Origin: Chthonomonadales bacterium
GTDB taxonomy: Bacteria > Armatimonadota > Chthonomonadetes > Chthonomonadales > Chthonomonadaceae
Assembly (NCBI GenBank): GCA_038217285.1
Contig: JBBQPO010000160.1
Coordinates: 1 to 14,342, forward strand
Reading direction: 5' to 3'
Length of the DNA: 14,342 nucleotides
Made by a program: the position numbers and the translations under genes. The notes beneath the pieces are model-generated. The model saw nothing but the letters and a program-made list of their open reading frames with translations. It searched no databases and was not told the origin of the DNA. The number at the start of each line of letters is the position of its first letter. Within the stretch, counting starts at the first letter, position 1. Shown piece by piece: positions 12,566 through 14,342 of the stretch.

Positions 12566-14342
12566 ATGTTGCTGATTTTCCACTATCGCTGTATGCTGCG
12601 CGTCTTCTGCTGTCTGGCTCTGGTGGCGCTCGTTTCGCCCCCTGCCGTGGCGAAGGGGCAGGGCGACCTTCTGGTTTCCGGGCTGCGATGCGAGGGACGC
12701 GCCGCCCCACTCGGCATCGAGCCGCTGCAACCAAAGCTGAGTTGGCGTCTGGACGCGCGCACGGTCGCTTTGCGCGGGCTGCGGCAGACGGCCTATCGGG
12801 TTCTGGCGGCTACGACGCCGGAACGGCTGACAGAGCGGAACGCCGATCTGTGGGACAGCGCCCGAGTAAAAAGCGACGCCAGTGCGTGGATTCCCTACGG
12901 GGGCCGTCCGGTGCCGCCCGCAAGCCGCTGCTGGTGGAAGGTCCAGGTCTGGGATCAGAACGGTCGCAGTTCCGGCTGGAGCAGCCCTGCCCACTGGGAC
13001 ACCGGTCTGTACCGCGAGGCGGACTGGGCTGCGCAGTGGATCGGCGCTCCGGTCGCACTGGAGAGGGAGGGCGGCGCGCCTTGCTTCCGCAAAAGCTTCA
13101 CGCTTCGGCCCGGCTGGCGCACGGTACGGGCATTCGTGTGCGGGCTGGGCTACCACGAGTTCACTGTGAACGGCAGAAAGGCCGACAGTCGCGTCCTGGA
13201 GCCGGCGCAGACGGAATACCCGAAGCGCGTCCTCTATTCTGCTTACGACGTGACCGACCTGATGAAGGTCGGAGACAACGTGCTCGGCGTGATGCTGGGG
13301 AACGGGTGGTACCACCAGGATCGGGTCTGGGGCGGCATGTCCTACGGTCCTCCGGTGCTGCGCCTCCGCCTGGAGGCAGAATACCCCGCCGGCTCCCGGC
13401 AGGCGGTCGTCAGCGACAGCAGTTGGCAGGCTGCGGCAGGGCCGGTGACCTCCAATAACATCTATGCTGGAGAGACCTACGATGCGCGGCGCAGGCTGGA
13501 CTGGAACAGCGCAACTCTGGCAGGCAAGCCCTGGAGCGCCGTGATTCTGATGCAAGGACCGGCAGGGACACTGATGTGTCCGGCGTTTCCTCCGATCCGC
13601 GCCGTCGGGACGCTTCCGTCCGCAGAGCCGCGTGAGGCGGCGTCCGGTGTCTTCGTGTACGATATGCGCCAGAATTTCGCGGGCTGGGCGCGACTGAAGG
13701 TACGCGCCCCGGCCGGAACCACTATAAAAATGCGCTTCGCTGAGACGGTCGATCCCAAAACGGGGCTGCTGAACACGGCGAGCACAGGGGTATTCGCGAC
13801 CCAGGTCGAGCAGATCGACACCTATATCTGCCGGGGCGGTGGGCTGGAGACCTGGGAGCCGCGCTTTACCTATCATGGGTTCCGGTACGTCGAGGTGACC
13901 GGCGTTCCGGCAGGCAGCCGCCCTCCCGCGCTCGAAGGCATCGTCGTGCACACCGATGTGGAGCCGGCCGGAGGCTTCGCCTGCTCCGATCCGATGCTCA
14001 ATCGCATTCATAAGGCGGCGGTCTGGACGCTGGTGAGCAATCTGCACGGACTTCCCACGGACTGCCCGGCGCGGGAGCGGTGCGGATGGCTTGGCGACTC
14101 GCCTGCCGCCGGCGAGATGGCCGCGCTGAACTTCGACATGTCCGGGTTTTGGAGCAAGTATATCGACGATATCACCACCGGCTGGGTCAGCGATCTCCCG
14201 CCCCATGTCGTGCCGGGCAAACGCATCGCCGTCACCTCCGGCCCCATCGACTGGGGCGTCGCTGTCGTGATGCTGCCCTGGTTCCGCTGGATCTACTATG
14301 GGGATAGAGCCGAACTCGAACACAGCTATCCGGCGATGCGCC
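12566..14342 (+). CDS. Alpha-L-rhamnosidase, glycoside hydrolase family 78, secreted (3' truncated)
   Basis: Manually translated frame open to the window end: LRCEGRAAPLGIE..PKLSW, QTAYRV, DLWDS, CGLGYHEFTVNG, LGNGWY, IYAGETYDAR, YDMRQNFAGW, EPRFTYHGFRYVEV and catalytic PTDCPARERCGWLGD (approx. 14054-14098). AGGAG at 12551-12555; alternative in-frame ATGs at 12527 and 12593. Confidence 0.93.
   Translation, partial: MLLIFHYRCMLRVFCCLALVALVSPPAVAKGQGDLLVSGLRCEGRAAPLGIEPLQPKLSWRLDARTVALRGLRQTAYRVLAATTPERLTERNADLWDSARVKSDASAWIPYGGRPVPPASRCWWKVQVWDQNGRSSGWSSPAHWDTGLYREADWAAQWIGAPVALEREGGAPCFRKSFTLRPGWRTVRAFVCGLGYHEFTVNGRKADSRVLEPAQTEYPKRVLYSAYDVTDLMKVGDNVLGVMLGNGWYHQDRVWGGMSYGPPVLRLRLEAEYPAGSRQAVVSDSSWQAAAGPVTSNNIYAGETYDARRRLDWNSATLAGKPWSAVILMQGPAGTLMCPAFPPIRAVGTLPSAEPREAASGVFVYDMRQNFAGWARLKVRAPAGTTIKMRFAETVDPKTGLLNTASTGVFATQVEQIDTYICRGGGLETWEPRFTYHGFRYVEVTGVPAGSRPPALEGIVVHTDVEPAGGFACSDPMLNRIHKAAVWTLVSNLHGLPTDCPARERCGWLGDSPAAGEMAALNFDMSGFWSKYIDDITTGWVSDLPPHVVPGKRIAVTSGPIDWGVAVVMLPWFRWIYYGDRAELEHSYPAMR

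Noticed and set aside
12479-14323. 614-aa minus-strand ORF
   Set aside because: Antisense shadow of the GH78 gene, whose plus-strand frame carries all the family motifs.

Overview
GC-rich bacterial chromosomal window (gene content loosely suggests a diderm such as Armatimonadota/Acidobacteriota/Planctomycetota; inference only). Left to right: 3' end of a beta-lactamase-family serine hydrolase (+); a Tat-signal-bearing MsrA (+) behind an ECF-type (SigR/SigH-like) promoter; then four minus-strand envelope genes read right to left: a membrane-anchored multiheme cytochrome c/TPR protein, an FG-GAP + ASPIC/UnbV (CRTAC1-like) lipoprotein, and a coupled exported M16B peptidase pair (catalytic HXXEH subunit plus non-catalytic subunit with a LolA-like tail). 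Next come an Rpn/PD-(D/E)XK-like nuclease with a DUF4351-like C-terminus (+), tRNA-Glu(CTC) (-) with a near-consensus sigma70 promoter, a secreted YbjN/CesT-like protein (-), and the 5' part of a GH78 alpha-L-rhamnosidase (+) that runs off the window and is absent from the ORF track. Best leads: (1) the uncharacterised multiheme-TPR + UnbV-propeller redox module; (2) the Rpn gene, which looks leaderless yet carries a perfect internal AGGAGG-N5-ATG predicting an intragenic small antitoxin; (3) a 66-nt in-frame palindromic element inside the lipoprotein signal-peptide region.
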